Shown: positions 52,176-62,481, counted from the stretch's first letter. The stretch is DNA of 64,000 nt from Kiritimatiellia bacterium (GCA_045628545.1 JAZQPI010000018.1:3643-67642), one strand, 5' to 3'. Notes: generated by a model not told the origin, from the sequence alone. Translations and numbers: made by a program.

Positions 52176-53558
52176 ATGTCGATGATGAAAGGTTTTTCGA
52201 ATGCGTTCCGGATCCCGGAGTTGCGCAAGAAAATCCTGATTACGCTCGGGCTGGTTTTCGTCTGCCGTCTGATTTCGCAGATTCCGACGCCCGGCGTTGA
52301 CTGGCGGGCGCTGCAGGGCGTCATCGAAACGGCGCGTCAGACCTCGCAGGGCGGCGGCCTTCTTGACTGGTTCGACGTCTTCACCGGCGGTGCGCTGGGG
52401 CAGTGCGCGATCGGCTTCCTGTCGATCTGGCCCTACATCTCCGCGCAGATCGTCATCCAGCTGCTGTCGTCCGTGATCCCGGCGCTGGAGAAGATGAAGA
52501 AAGACGGCGAGTCCGGCCGGCAGCAGCTGGCGCAGGTCACGCGCTATCTGACGATCGTCCTCTGCGTCGTCCAGTCGTGGGGCATCGCGACGATGCTGAG
52601 CCATCCGGGCGCGCTCGGTCCCGCGTTCTCGGGCGTGGAGATCGTGGCCAATCCGGGTCTCGGCTTCAACCTGATGACGGTGATCGGCATGACTTCGGCG
52701 TCGCTCTTCGTCATGTGGCTGGCCGACCAGATCACGACCTTCGGCATCGGCAACGGCGCGTCGCTCATCATCATGATCAACATCACCTCGCGTCTCCCGC
52801 AGGCGCTGATCAGCGCGTGGGAGCGCTACTTCGGTCTCGCCGGCGTCCAGTCTTCCGCGCCGATCGCCGAGCTGCCGATCCTGGTGCTGTTCTTCCTGGC
52901 GGTCGTGATGGGCACGGTGATGCTCACTCAGGGCGTCCGCAAGATCGCGATCCATTCGACGCGCCGCTCGGTCGGCGGCGGGAACTCCTACGGCATGCAG
53001 CAGACGTTCATGCCGCTCAGGGTCAACTACACGGGCGTCATGCCGATCATCTTCGCGCAGCCGGTGATCCAGATCGTCTCGGCGGTGGTCATGAAGTTCA
53101 CCGCCACGGGCTCGAAGGTCCACCAGATCGCGCAGGACCTGTCGAACCCCACCGTCCTGCACATGGTCGTCTACGCGGTCTTGATCATGTTCTTCGCGTT
53201 CTTCTGGGTGGCGACGCAGTTCAACGCGATCGACATCTCCGAGAACCTGAAGAAAGACGGCTCCTATGTCCCGGGCATCCGTCCCGGCCGCGCGACCGCC
53301 GAGTATCTCGACGACGTGATGACGAAGTTGACGCTCATCGGCGGCACGGGGCTGCTGCTCGTGGCGCTGGTGCCGATGCTGCTCATGGGCTGGATCAACG
53401 TGCCCTGGGCGATCGCCTCGTTCTTCGGCGGCACGTCGCTGCTGATTATCGTCGGCGTGGCGCTCGACACGCTCCGCGTGATGGAGTCGCACCTGCTGGT
53501 GCGCAAGTACGACGGGTTCCTCGCCCACGGCACGCTCCGCGGCCGCGGCGGGATGTGA
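52176..53558 (+). CDS. secY: preprotein translocase subunit SecY
   Basis: 10-TM SecY architecture. MSMMKGFSNAFRIPELRKKILITLGLVFVCRL.. start; plug and TM7 regions conserved. Confidence 0.95.
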   Translation: MSMMKGFSNAFRIPELRKKILITLGLVFVCRLISQIPTPGVDWRALQGVIETARQTSQGGGLLDWFDVFTGGALGQCAIGFLSIWPYISAQIVIQLLSSVIPALEKMKKDGESGRQQLAQVTRYLTIVLCVVQSWGIATMLSHPGALGPAFSGVEIVANPGLGFNLMTVIGMTSASLFVMWLADQITTFGIGNGASLIIMINITSRLPQALISAWERYFGLAGVQSSAPIAELPILVLFFLAVVMGTVMLTQGVRKIAIHSTRRSVGGGNSYGMQQTFMPLRVNYTGVMPIIFAQPVIQIVSAVVMKFTATGSKVHQIAQDLSNPTVLHMVVYAVLIMFFAFFWVATQFNAIDISENLKKDGSYVPGIRPGRATAEYLDDVMTKLTLIGGTGLLLVALVPMLLMGWINVPWAIASFFGGTSLLIIVGVALDTLRVMESHLLVRKYDGFLAHGTLRGRGGM

Positions 53559-53620
53559 GGCCTTCTTCCGGTTCAATTTTCTAAACGTCCCTTGCGGGAC
53601 ATCAAGGAGTAAAAACAAAC

Positions 53621-55567
53621 ATGGCAAAGACGCCGAAATTCACGAACGCCAAGGTGTTCGACTGGGTTGACAAGTGGAACAAGATCTGCACGCCCGACAA
53701 GATCGTCGTGGTGACCGGATCGAAGAAGGAGCATCTTGACATCTGCGAGATGATGGTCAAGAAGGGCCAGTTCGTCAAGCTGAACCCGAAGACGCGTCCC
53801 GACTGCTATCTCGCCCGTTCGCACGAGTCCGACGTCGCGCGCGTCGAGGGTCGTACGTTCATTTGCTCCAAGCGCGAGATCGACGCGGGCCCGACGAACC
53901 ACTGGATGGCCCCCGAGCAGATGAAGAAGCTCATGACGAAGAGCTACACCGGATGCATGAAGGGCCGCACGATGTACGTCATCCCGTTCGCGATGGGCCC
54001 GATCGGCAACCCGATCACCCAGTACGGCATCGAGCTGACCGACTCTCCCTATGTCGTCGTCAACATGAACATCATGACCCGCACGGGCGACGCGGTTCTC
54101 CGCCAGCTCGGCCGCGACGGCGGCTTCATCCCCTGCATCCACTCCGTGGGCGCGCCGCTGAAGAAGGGCCAGAAGGACGTCGCCTGGCCGTGCGCCAAGA
54201 ACATCGAGGACAAGTTCATCACCCAGTTCCCCGAAGAGCGCCAGATCTGGTCGTTCGGTTCGGGCTACGGCGGGAACGCCCTCCTCGGCAAGAAGTGCTT
54301 CGCGCTGCGCATCGCCTCGAAGCTCGCGAAGGACGAGGGCTGGATGGCCGAGCACATGCTCATCCTCACGCTCACGAGCCCCGAGAAGAAGCAGTACCAC
54401 GTCACCGCGGCGTTCCCGTCCGCGTGCGGCAAGACCAACCTCGCGATGATGCTCCCGAAGCTCCCCGGCTGGACGCTGCAGACGATCGGCGACGATATCG
54501 CCTGGCTGAAGCCCGGCGAGGACGGCCGTCTCTACGCGATCAACCCCGAGAACGGCTTCTTCGGCGTGGCTCCGGGCACTTCGAACGACTCGAACCCGAA
54601 CGCGCTCAAGAGCTGCAAGAAGGGTACGATCTTCACGAACGTCGTGCTGACTCCCGACGGCGACATCTGGTGGGAAGACATGGGCATCGACGCTCCTGAA
54701 GAGGGCATCGACTGGAAGGGCAACCCCTGCTACCGCTGCGTCGACGACAAGCGCCGCATGGGTCCGAAGCCGGGCATGACCAAGGCCCAGGTGAAGGAGC
54801 TCAAGTACGTCGCCGCCCACAAGAACAGCCGCTTCACGGCTCCGGCCGAGAACTGCCCGGTCCTGGACAAGGCCGGCTTCAACGGCAAGTTCAACGGCAA
54901 GTCGACCGGCGTGCCGATTGACGCGATCCTCTTCGGCGGCCGTCGTCCTTCGACGATCCCGCTGGGGGACGGGGCGAAGGGCTGGACGCACGGCGTGTTC
55001 ATGGGCTCCGCCGCCGGTTCGGAAGTGACGGCCGCCGTCATCTCCGACAAGATCGGCCAGGTCCGCCGCGATCCGATGGCGATGCTGCCGTTCTTCGGCT
55101 ACAATGTCGCGGACTATTTCCAGCACTGGCTGGAGATGGAGCGCACCTCCGCCGACGCGTCGAAGCTCCCGAAGATCTACTTCGTCAACTGGTTCCGCAA
55201 GACGGACAAGGGCGAGTTCATGTGGCCGGGCTTCGGCGACAACTCCCGCGTCCTCAAGTGGATCTGCCAGCGTATCGAGGGCAAGGTCGGCTGCCAGAAG
55301 ACGGCGATCGGCAACCTCCCGAAGGCCGCGGACATCGATCTCACCAACAACACCGGCAAGGACACGGTGAATCCGAAGTTCCTCAAGGAGATCCTCAAGG
55401 TCGACGTCGAGGGCTGGAAGAAGGAGATCAAGACGGTCGGCGAAAGCTACGACCAGTACGACGCCATGCCGTCCAAGGACTCGACGGTCGCCTCCAAGAC
55501 GGCCCGCCGCGTTCCGTTGGCTCTCCGCCAGGTTTTGGCCGACGTCGCGGCGGCCCTCGGCAAGTGA
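53621..55567 (+). CDS. pckG: phosphoenolpyruvate carboxykinase (GTP)
   Basis: 648 aa. GTP-PEPCK kinase-1a motif AFPSACGKTN, DDIAWLKPG, FFGYN and C-terminal nucleotide-binding region. Confidence 0.95.
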   Translation: MAKTPKFTNAKVFDWVDKWNKICTPDKIVVVTGSKKEHLDICEMMVKKGQFVKLNPKTRPDCYLARSHESDVARVEGRTFICSKREIDAGPTNHWMAPEQMKKLMTKSYTGCMKGRTMYVIPFAMGPIGNPITQYGIELTDSPYVVVNMNIMTRTGDAVLRQLGRDGGFIPCIHSVGAPLKKGQKDVAWPCAKNIEDKFITQFPEERQIWSFGSGYGGNALLGKKCFALRIASKLAKDEGWMAEHMLILTLTSPEKKQYHVTAAFPSACGKTNLAMMLPKLPGWTLQTIGDDIAWLKPGEDGRLYAINPENGFFGVAPGTSNDSNPNALKSCKKGTIFTNVVLTPDGDIWWEDMGIDAPEEGIDWKGNPCYRCVDDKRRMGPKPGMTKAQVKELKYVAAHKNSRFTAPAENCPVLDKAGFNGKFNGKSTGVPIDAILFGGRRPSTIPLGDGAKGWTHGVFMGSAAGSEVTAAVISDKIGQVRRDPMAMLPFFGYNVADYFQHWLEMERTSADASKLPKIYFVNWFRKTDKGEFMWPGFGDNSRVLKWICQRIEGKVGCQKTAIGNLPKAADIDLTNNTGKDTVNPKFLKEILKVDVEGWKKEIKTVGESYDQYDAMPSKDSTVASKTARRVPLALRQVLADVAAALGK

Positions 55568-56583
55568 GCGGACGCTTCGAGTCTGCATTGAACAAGGCGC
55601 TCGAAGCGCCTTACGGCATCCCGGCGAGCACCATCGCCGGGATGCTTGTTTACGACGACCCCGGCTTCGAGTCCGACCTCTTCGCGGCGGCGCGCGAGGT
55701 GAAGACCCGCTGCGGAAAAACCGCTGTCCTGCCGCGCGGACTGATCGAAGTCTCGAACGTCTGTTCGCGCGACTGCCTTTACTGCGGCATTCGGCGCTCG
55801 AACGCGAAGACCGCGCGCTATTCGCTGTCGGAGGACCAGGTGGCCGCCTGCATCGACGAAGCTCGCCGCCGCGGTTATCCGGCGGTGGCGTTTCAGGCGG
55901 GCGAGGTCGCGAGCGAGGCGAACACGTGCTTTTACGAACGGATACTTCGCCGTTGCCGAGGGCTGGAGGTGACGCTTTCGCTCGGCGAGCAGACCGAGGA
56001 TGTCTATCGGCGCTGGAAAGATGCGGCCGGGGACGGAGTCCTGCGGTATCTGATCCGCATCGAGACGTCTAACCGCGAGCTGTTTTCCGCCATCCATCTC
56101 GCGGGACAGTCCTTTGACGACCGCCTCGCCTGCATCCGCACGCTGAAACGCCTCGGCTACGTCACGGGCTCCGGAGTGATGATCGGGCTTCCGGGACAGA
56201 CCGCGGCGGATCTGGCCGCGGACATCGTCTTTTTCGGACGCGAACGGCTGGACATGGTGGGCATGGGGCCTTTTGTTCCGCATGCCGATACGCCGCTCGG
56301 GCGGACGTCTGACGTTGTTTCGGCTGAGGCGCGGCTCTCGCTCGCCTTGAGGATGATCGCGCTGACGCGGCTTTATCTTCACGGCGTCAACATTGTCGCC
56401 GCGTCGGCGCTGGAGGCGCTCGACCCGGGTGCGGGCCGGAGTAGGGGCATTGACGCGGGCGCGAACGTCATTATGCCGGTGCTGACGCCGTCGAACCGCC
56501 GGGCGGCTTACGACCTCTATCCCGGCAAGGCGAGGTGCGCCGAGGAAATTTCCAATCCTGTTTTCAACGCGCGGTCCCCTTGA
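55564..56583 (+). CDS. hydE: [FeFe]-hydrogenase H-cluster radical SAM maturase HydE, or a close HydE-family paralogue
   Basis: CSRDCLYCGIRRSN (Cx3Cx2C). Collinear with my recollection of Thermotoga HydE (IEVSNVC...VTLSLGE...GLPGQT...MVGMGPFVPHADTPL...GANVIMP..TPS..R..Y.LYPGK). GTG start overlaps the pckG stop (GTGA). Confidence 0.7.
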   Translation: MSGRFESALNKALEAPYGIPASTIAGMLVYDDPGFESDLFAAAREVKTRCGKTAVLPRGLIEVSNVCSRDCLYCGIRRSNAKTARYSLSEDQVAACIDEARRRGYPAVAFQAGEVASEANTCFYERILRRCRGLEVTLSLGEQTEDVYRRWKDAAGDGVLRYLIRIETSNRELFSAIHLAGQSFDDRLACIRTLKRLGYVTGSGVMIGLPGQTAADLAADIVFFGRERLDMVGMGPFVPHADTPLGRTSDVVSAEARLSLALRMIALTRLYLHGVNIVAASALEALDPGAGRSRGIDAGANVIMPVLTPSNRRAAYDLYPGKARCAEEISNPVFNARSP

Positions 56584-56600
56584 TTTTTCCCTCTGCATTA

Positions 56601-56651
56601 TGGTATAATTTAACAAACACTTGACAAGTGCAAGTGGGTGAATAGTATACT
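56601..56651 (+). promoter_or_regulatory. tandem promoters upstream of rpoD (extended -10 TGGTATAAT; TTGACA...TATACT)
   Basis: TGGTATAAT at 56601-56609. TTGACA at 56621-56626 with TAGTAT/TATACT at 56643-56651. Confidence 0.5.
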
Positions 56652-56665
56652 GGAGAGCTCCGTAG

Positions 56666-58840
56666 ATGGTAAAAGTAAAGAAAGTTGTTCGAAAGACGAC
56701 TAAGGGCAAGGTCGCGAAGGACAAGACGGTGAAGGACCGCGCCGCGTTGAAGAAGGGGTGTCCTGTGCCGAAAAAAGGGAAGCGACGGCCGACAGCCGGG
56801 AAAAAGAAGCCCGTCAAATCGGATGCGGAGTCCGAGGATCTCGAGCTGCCGAGCGAGATCGGCGATATGCCGGATCTTGATGATCTGGTGGGGGTTGCCG
56901 ACTCTGTTTTGGATGTAGACGGTCCGTCGGCCAAGCCGGCCCGCGGGCGTCGTCGCAAGGTCGTAGCGGACGATGCCGACCTGCCGGCCGATGATGATGA
57001 TGAAGTGGTGCTCGTCTCGTCCCAGCTAGACGCCGACCAGTTAGCGGCGGAGGTCGAGCGCCAGGAGGAGTCCCGCTCGGTCGACGAGGACGGGGACGCC
57101 AACATTGCGGCAGCCCCCTTGCCGAGCTTCACGACCGACGAGGACCTTGCCTTTGACGCGGATACGATGATGCCGGCGATGGAGGGGATGTCGATTCTCC
57201 GACAGACGGAGTTGAACGACGTCGTTTCGGAGATCAAGCGCCGCAGCGAGCAGAACGGCGGCTATGTCACCTTCGAGGAGCTCAACCAGGTCCTGCCCGC
57301 GAACATCGTGGACGCGATCCAGTCCGAAAACAGCCTGAAGATGCTGGAGGTCCTGGGCGTGCACGTCATCCGCGAGGAGGACGTGAAGAAGTATCTGGAG
57401 TCGAAGAATGCCAAGTCGTTCGACCCCAAATTGCGCGCCGCGGAGATGATCGAGGATCCGATCCGCATGTATCTCCACCAGATGGGGCAGGTTCAATTGC
57501 TTTCGCGCGACGAGGAGGTTACGCTCTGCACGACGATCGAGAACGCGGAGTCGAAGACGCGCGACTACTTCAACCGCTTCCTTTTCGCGCCGCCGATGTA
57601 CGCTGACCAGTTGGACAAGCTGGAGGGGCAGTCGGAGCGCTTCGACCGCATCGTGACGGACAAGTTCGACGAGAACCGCGACGCCTATATGGAGCAGATT
57701 CCGAACTTCCGCAAGCAGCTGAAGGCGGCAGAGAAGCGTCTGACCGAGGCGAGCGCGAAGTATCTGTCGCTGATCGCCAAGCCCGACTCGTCTGCCGCGG
57801 CGGTGCGAGGGGCAGAAAAGGCCCTCCAGAATGCGCGAGAGGTGTTGCGGCAGTGCTTCATCGACATGAGCTTCCGCCAGAAGGTGCTGGAGACGCTCTG
57901 CACCGAGGCGGACGAGCGCTACTACCTGCCCTATCGCAAGTACGTGGCGCAGCAAGCCGAACTCATGAAGACCAAGGCGAGCAAGAGGCGTGACCGCGAC
58001 CTCAAGGCGCTGAGGGAGAAGATGTCCGAGCTGGAAGCGCTCTTCGGCATGACGCCGGAGGAGTTCATGACCACGTTCTCCGAGTTGCGCAAGGTGATGA
58101 AGGAGGGTATCGTCGCGCGGACGAAGATGGTCGAGGCGAACCTCCGGCTGGTGATCTCGATCGTCAAGAAGTACATGAACCGCGGGCTCTCGTTCCTCGA
58201 CCTCATCCAGGAGGGCAACACCGGCCTGATGAAGGCGGTCGAGAAGTTCGAGTACAAGCGCGGCTACAAGTTTTCGACCTATGCGACATGGTGGATCCGT
58301 CAGGCGGCGACCCGCGCGATCGCGGACCAGGCCCGCACGATCCGGATCCCCGTGCACATGATCGAGACGATCAACAAGCTCATGCGCGTGCAGAAGAAGC
58401 TCATCCAGAAGTTCGGCCGCGAGCCGACCGAGGCGGAGCTTTCGTCCGAAATGAGCATGCCGGTCGACCAGGTTCGCGCCGTCAAGCGCATGGCGCAGCA
58501 GCCGATTTCGCTGCAGTCGAAGGTCGGGGACAACGAAGACGCCCATTACGGCGACTTCATCCCCGACGTCTCCAGCGAGAACCCCTTCGAGGTGACCGAA
58601 GGCCACCTGCTGAAGGAGCGCCTCCGGGAGATCCTGGGGACGCTGACGGACCGCGAACGCCAGGTGGTCGACTTCCGCTTCGGGCTGTCCGACGGCTACA
58701 GCCGGACGCTTGAGGAGGTCGGCCGCCTGTTCAACGTGACGCGCGAGCGCATTCGCCAGATCGAGGCGAAGGCGTTGCGCAAACTCCGTCATCCGAGCCG
58801 GATGAAGTCCCTGGGGGACTACCGAAGCACCCCGTCCTGA
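56666..58840 (+). CDS. rpoD: RNA polymerase primary sigma factor RpoD (sigma-70)
   Basis: Lys-rich/acidic N-terminal region, region 1.2 ([11 protein letters not shown]). Region 2 ([35 protein letters not shown]) and regions 3-4 ([20 protein letters not shown]). Confidence 0.95.
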   Translation: MVKVKKVVRKTTKGKVAKDKTVKDRAALKKGCPVPKKGKRRPTAGKKKPVKSDAESEDLELPSEIGDMPDLDDLVGVADSVLDVDGPSAKPARGRRRKVVADDADLPADDDDEVVLVSSQLDADQLAAEVERQEESRSVDEDGDANIAAAPLPSFTTDEDLAFDADTMMPAMEGMSILRQTELNDVVSEIKRRSEQNGGYVTFEELNQVLPANIVDAIQSENSLKMLEVLGVHVIREEDVKKYLESKNAKSFDPKLRAAEMIEDPIRMYLHQMGQVQLLSRDEEVTLCTTIENAESKTRDYFNRFLFAPPMYADQLDKLEGQSERFDRIVTDKFDENRDAYMEQIPNFRKQLKAAEKRLTEASAKYLSLIAKPDSSAAAVRGAEKALQNAREVLRQCFIDMSFRQKVLETLCTEADERYYLPYRKYVAQQAELMKTKASKRRDRDLKALREKMSELEALFGMTPEEFMTTFSELRKVMKEGIVARTKMVEANLRLVISIVKKYMNRGLSFLDLIQEGNTGLMKAVEKFEYKRGYKFSTYATWWIRQAATRAIADQARTIRIPVHMIETINKLMRVQKKLIQKFGREPTEAELSSEMSMPVDQVRAVKRMAQQPISLQSKVGDNEDAHYGDFIPDVSSENPFEVTEGHLLKERLREILGTLTDRERQVVDFRFGLSDGYSRTLEEVGRLFNVTRERIRQIEAKALRKLRHPSRMKSLGDYRSTPS

Positions 58841-58922
58841 TCGGGGGCCCCGGAAAACAGACAACAGAAACAAGAGAGAAAAACAAGAGAAAACACAAGA
58901 GTAGAGAAAGAGAGCAGAAAAG

Positions 58923-59402
58923 ATGGAAATGGTTAATGGTGTGATTGGGCTGTTGAAGACTCCGAACGGCATTGCCCTCGCGGTGGTGGCGTTCGTGCTG
59001 GGCGCGGTGGCGACCTGCCTGGCCTGCAAGCTGCTGTGCCCCTGCGGCAAGAAGCGTCAGAACGCGTGCAAGGCGGCCCAGCCTCCGCGCGCCGAGACGC
59101 GCAAGAACGGCGGTCAGAAGTTCGAGAAGAAGCATCCCGCTCCGGCGGACGGCTCGGTCGAAATCTACGTCGGCAACCTCAGCTACGACCTGACCGAGGA
59201 CCAGCTGCGCAAGGAGTTCGAGGCCTTCGGCACGGTCAATTCGGCGCGGATCATCACGAACCGCTTCAACAACCGCTCGAAGGGCTTCGGCTTCGTTCAC
59301 ATGCCGAACCAGGCCGAGGCGGACGCGGCGGTCGCGGCGCTGAACGACAAGGACATTCTTGGCCGCAAGCTCAAGTGCAATCAGGCCAAGAACGTTTATT
59401 GA
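58923..59402 (+). CDS. RRM-type RNA-binding protein with an N-terminal TM helix and a Cys-rich juxtamembrane segment
   Basis: RNP2 IYVGNL and RNP1 KGFGFVHM. N-terminal hydrophobic helix GIALAVVAFVLGAVATCLA followed by CKLLCPCGKKRQNAC. An internal start at the RRM cannot be excluded. Confidence 0.65.
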   Translation: MEMVNGVIGLLKTPNGIALAVVAFVLGAVATCLACKLLCPCGKKRQNACKAAQPPRAETRKNGGQKFEKKHPAPADGSVEIYVGNLSYDLTEDQLRKEFEAFGTVNSARIITNRFNNRSKGFGFVHMPNQAEADAAVAALNDKDILGRKLKCNQAKNVY

Positions 59403-59430
59403 TTGACTGCGGACGGAACGGAGGCGGGAT

Positions 59431-59985
59431 ATGTCGAAGGTGCTGGTTCCTCTGGCGGACGGGTTTGAAGACCTCGAAGCGGTGAGCGTCATCGACGTCC
59501 TGCGCCGCGGCGGAGTGGAAGTCGTCACGGCCGCCCTCGGCACGACGGACGAAGTGCGCAGCGCGCACGGCGTCCGGATGCATGCGGACGGCCTGCTGGC
59601 CGACGTGGCGGACGCGGATTACGACGCCATCGTCCTGCCGGGCGGCGGCGAAGGGACGGAGAACCTCCGCGGTTCGTCCCGCCTGCGCCGGCGGCTCGTC
59701 CGCCAGCAGTCCGAAAACCGGCTGATCTGCGCCATTTGCGCCGCGCCGACCGTGCTGGCCGAATTCGGCCTCCTGCCGGACGGCTGCGAAGCGACCTGCT
59801 ATCCGTCCTGCGCCGACCGGCTCGGACGCCCGTGCGCTGGCGCGCCGGTCGTCGCCGATGGCAACATCATCACGGGCCAGGCCCCAGGGTCGGCCCTGCT
59901 GTTCGCTCTGGTCGTCCTCCAGACGCTTGAAGGCGAGTCTGTCGCCGGTCAGGTGGCGGAGGGCATGGTGACGGACGTCCTGTGA
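59431..59985 (+). CDS. DJ-1/PfpI (ThiJ) family protein
   Basis: Nucleophile elbow AICAAP; GFEDLEAVSVIDVLRR...VLPGG. Confidence 0.85.
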   Translation: MSKVLVPLADGFEDLEAVSVIDVLRRGGVEVVTAALGTTDEVRSAHGVRMHADGLLADVADADYDAIVLPGGGEGTENLRGSSRLRRRLVRQQSENRLICAICAAPTVLAEFGLLPDGCEATCYPSCADRLGRPCAGAPVVADGNIITGQAPGSALLFALVVLQTLEGESVAGQVAEGMVTDVL

Positions 59986-62348
59986 TCGGCTTCGGTCGCG
60001 CGGGGGGCGGCGGAAGGGCGCTTGTCCTGTCGCTGGCTTTGGCCTTGACCGCGGTGACCGCGGCCGCACGGACCGAGGTCAGTTTCCTCTTCGTCTACGA
60101 TCCGAACCGTCCCGAAGAGCCGGCGACGCGCCGCCTCCTCGACCTGGCGCGCACCGAACCCGAGATCGAGCCCGTCAAGTGGGGCGGGCTCATCCTGCCC
60201 GGCGCGGGCGGACGTTCGACCTTCATGCTGGCCTTGGCCGGCGGCACCGCCCCCGACATCTACAAGGCCTGGTTCCACATCCTCCGTCACGACGTCGAAC
60301 AGGGCTTCGTCTATCCGCTCGACGAGTGGGTTTCGGCGGACGGACTCTCCGGCGGCGGCGACCTGTGGGACCGCGTGCGCTGTTTCGACGGTCATGTCTG
60401 GGCTTTGCCGACGCCGGGGGTGGCGCATTACGGCATCGTCTACCGCAAGGATTTCGTCTCGGCGGCGGGACTCGACCCCGAGCGTCCGCCGCGAACCTGG
60501 CACGAATTCCGCGACTGGTGCGTGCGGCTGACAATCCCTGGCCGCCGGGCATTCGCGATCGAAAACCGTCCCTGGGGCTTTCTCCCCTGGGTGCAGAGCG
60601 CTGGCGGGGACGTCATCCGTCCGGTCACGAACGGGACCGGACGCGCGCAGTGGGAGGCCTGCTTCGATTCGCCGGCCGGAGTCCGGGCGGCCGAGTTCCT
60701 CCAGTCTTTGATTCGCCTGGACGTCGTCCGCAGTCTGCCGACGCTGTCCGTCGCCGACGATGTCGCCCAGATGTTCGTCGCCGGCGAAATCGCCGCGGTG
60801 TTCGGCGGGGAGGACCTCGTGCGGCGGCTGACCGAGGTCTATGCGTTTCCGGGCGAGCAGATCGGGCTGATGCCGTTCCCGGCCGGCGAAGAGGGCGGGG
60901 TGCGCGTACTGCAGGCCCACCGTCACTTCTACGCGATGAGCGAATCGGTCCGCTACCGTCCGAAGGAGGAGCGCGATCTCGTTTACCGGTGCTTGGAGAC
61001 GCTGGCCTCGCCGGCGCTGGCGGACGAGGAGGTGCGCAACAACGTGGCCGAGGGCCGCGCCCTCTGGTGCCGTCCGTCGGATCTGCGGCGGCTCGGCTTC
61101 GCGGAGGAGGCGGCGCGGCTTCCGGCGGGCGTGCGCGAGATGTACGACGACCTCGAAGCGGGACGCATCCGCGCCGTGACCGAGCCGTGGGTGGGCTTCT
61201 GGCAGGCGGCGAGCGACCTCGTGCAGCGGCACTTCCTGGGGCTTTTGCTGTCGGACGCTGGTGTCGGCTTGGACTGCAAGGCGGCGTTGCATGAGGTCAC
61301 GCGCGCCGCTAACGACGGACTGATGTTCGACACGGACCGCCAGAGCATCGCCCGCGCCCGTCCCTACGCGCGCGTCATCGTCGGGGTGCTCGTCGCTTGC
61401 GCCTTAGTCGCCTGCGCGCTGGGCTGGCGGCGCCGTCGCCGTACGGCGTCGGCGGTCGCTGCGGCGGAAGGGGGCCGGCGGCTCGCGCCCTGGCTTTTTC
61501 TCGCTCCGGCGGTCGTCTCGATCCTGGTCTGGAGCTACTATCCGCTCGTCCGCGGCGCGTTGATGGCGTTCCAGGACTACCGCATCGTCGGCGCGAGCGC
61601 GTGGGCGGGGCTGGACAACCTGATCCGGGTGGCGACCGACTCCGCGTTCTGGACGGCGGGCCTGCGCACGCTGGAGTACGTGGCGGTCACGCTGGCGCTC
61701 GGTTTTCTGACGCCGGTCGTGCTGGCGGTGATGCTGTGCGAAATCCCGCGCGGCAAGGTGCTTTTCCGCTTCCTTTACTTTCTGCCGCATCTGACGAGCG
61801 CCCTCGTGGTGACGCTCTTGTGGAAGCTCATGTTCGATCCGACAGAGAACGGCATCCTCAACCAGCTGCTGGCGTCGGTCGGCCTGGCGCGGCAGTCCTG
61901 GCTGCTCGACCCGGCGTGGGCGATGGTGTGCTGCATCCTGCCGGGCGTCTGGGCGGGGGCGGGCATCAGTTCGCTGATCTACATTGCCGCGCTGGGCAGT
62001 CTGCCGCAGGACTACTACGAGGCGGCCGCGCTGGACGGGGCGGGCATCTGGGCGCGGTTCCGCCACGTCACTTTCCCGCAGCTGGCGCCGCTCATGGTCA
62101 TCAACTTCGTCGGGGCGTTCATCGCCTCGTTTCAGGGCATGGGGTCGATCTTCCTGCTGACCTTCGGCGGGCCCGGGGACGCGACGCAGGTGCTGTCGCT
62201 GGCGATCTGGAAAGAGGCCTACAACAACCTGCGCTTTTCGACGGCGACGACGATGGCGTGGTTCCTCGGCGTCGCGCTCATCGGCTTCACCTACCTCCAG
62301 ATCCGCTTCCTCCGCAAGGTGGAGTTCCGCCAGGCCGCCGTCAACTGA
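59982..62348 (+). CDS. fused ABC-transporter solute-binding protein (family 1, sugar-type) plus permease (MalF/MalG-like), 788 aa
   Basis: N-terminal ~450 aa is a signal peptide plus extracellular-solute-binding-like region. C-terminal 6 TM carry the EAA motif (EAAALDGAGIWARFRHVTFPQLAP). Confidence 0.7.
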   Translation: MIGFGRAGGGGRALVLSLALALTAVTAAARTEVSFLFVYDPNRPEEPATRRLLDLARTEPEIEPVKWGGLILPGAGGRSTFMLALAGGTAPDIYKAWFHILRHDVEQGFVYPLDEWVSADGLSGGGDLWDRVRCFDGHVWALPTPGVAHYGIVYRKDFVSAAGLDPERPPRTWHEFRDWCVRLTIPGRRAFAIENRPWGFLPWVQSAGGDVIRPVTNGTGRAQWEACFDSPAGVRAAEFLQSLIRLDVVRSLPTLSVADDVAQMFVAGEIAAVFGGEDLVRRLTEVYAFPGEQIGLMPFPAGEEGGVRVLQAHRHFYAMSESVRYRPKEERDLVYRCLETLASPALADEEVRNNVAEGRALWCRPSDLRRLGFAEEAARLPAGVREMYDDLEAGRIRAVTEPWVGFWQAASDLVQRHFLGLLLSDAGVGLDCKAALHEVTRAANDGLMFDTDRQSIARARPYARVIVGVLVACALVACALGWRRRRRTASAVAAAEGGRRLAPWLFLAPAVVSILVWSYYPLVRGALMAFQDYRIVGASAWAGLDNLIRVATDSAFWTAGLRTLEYVAVTLALGFLTPVVLAVMLCEIPRGKVLFRFLYFLPHLTSALVVTLLWKLMFDPTENGILNQLLASVGLARQSWLLDPAWAMVCCILPGVWAGAGISSLIYIAALGSLPQDYYEAAALDGAGIWARFRHVTFPQLAPLMVINFVGAFIASFQGMGSIFLLTFGGPGDATQVLSLAIWKEAYNNLRFSTATTMAWFLGVALIGFTYLQIRFLRKVEFRQAAVN

Positions 62349-62429
62349 ATGAAGCGAGGAAGGTCCGGGCGACGAAAATCGTTGGAGTGCCCGTTTTTCT
62401 GGGCATCCCCACTTTTTTAAAATACCCCC

Positions 62430-62459
62430 TTGCAAAGGTCAGGCGAAATGTGATATACT
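62430..62459 (+). promoter_or_regulatory. sigma70-type promoter (TTGCAA-18-TATACT) for the tRNA pair
   Basis: TTGCAA at 62430-62435 and TATACT at 62454-62459; tRNA begins ~22 nt downstream. Confidence 0.55.
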
Positions 62460-62481
62460 ATCAGTCACTTTCACGGAACAC

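Noticed and set aside
52029-55588. Minus-strand ORFs of 532 aa and 671 aa
   Set aside because: Antisense to secY and pckG.
55447-59050. Minus-strand ORFs of 596 aa and 669 aa
   Set aside because: Antisense to hydE and rpoD.
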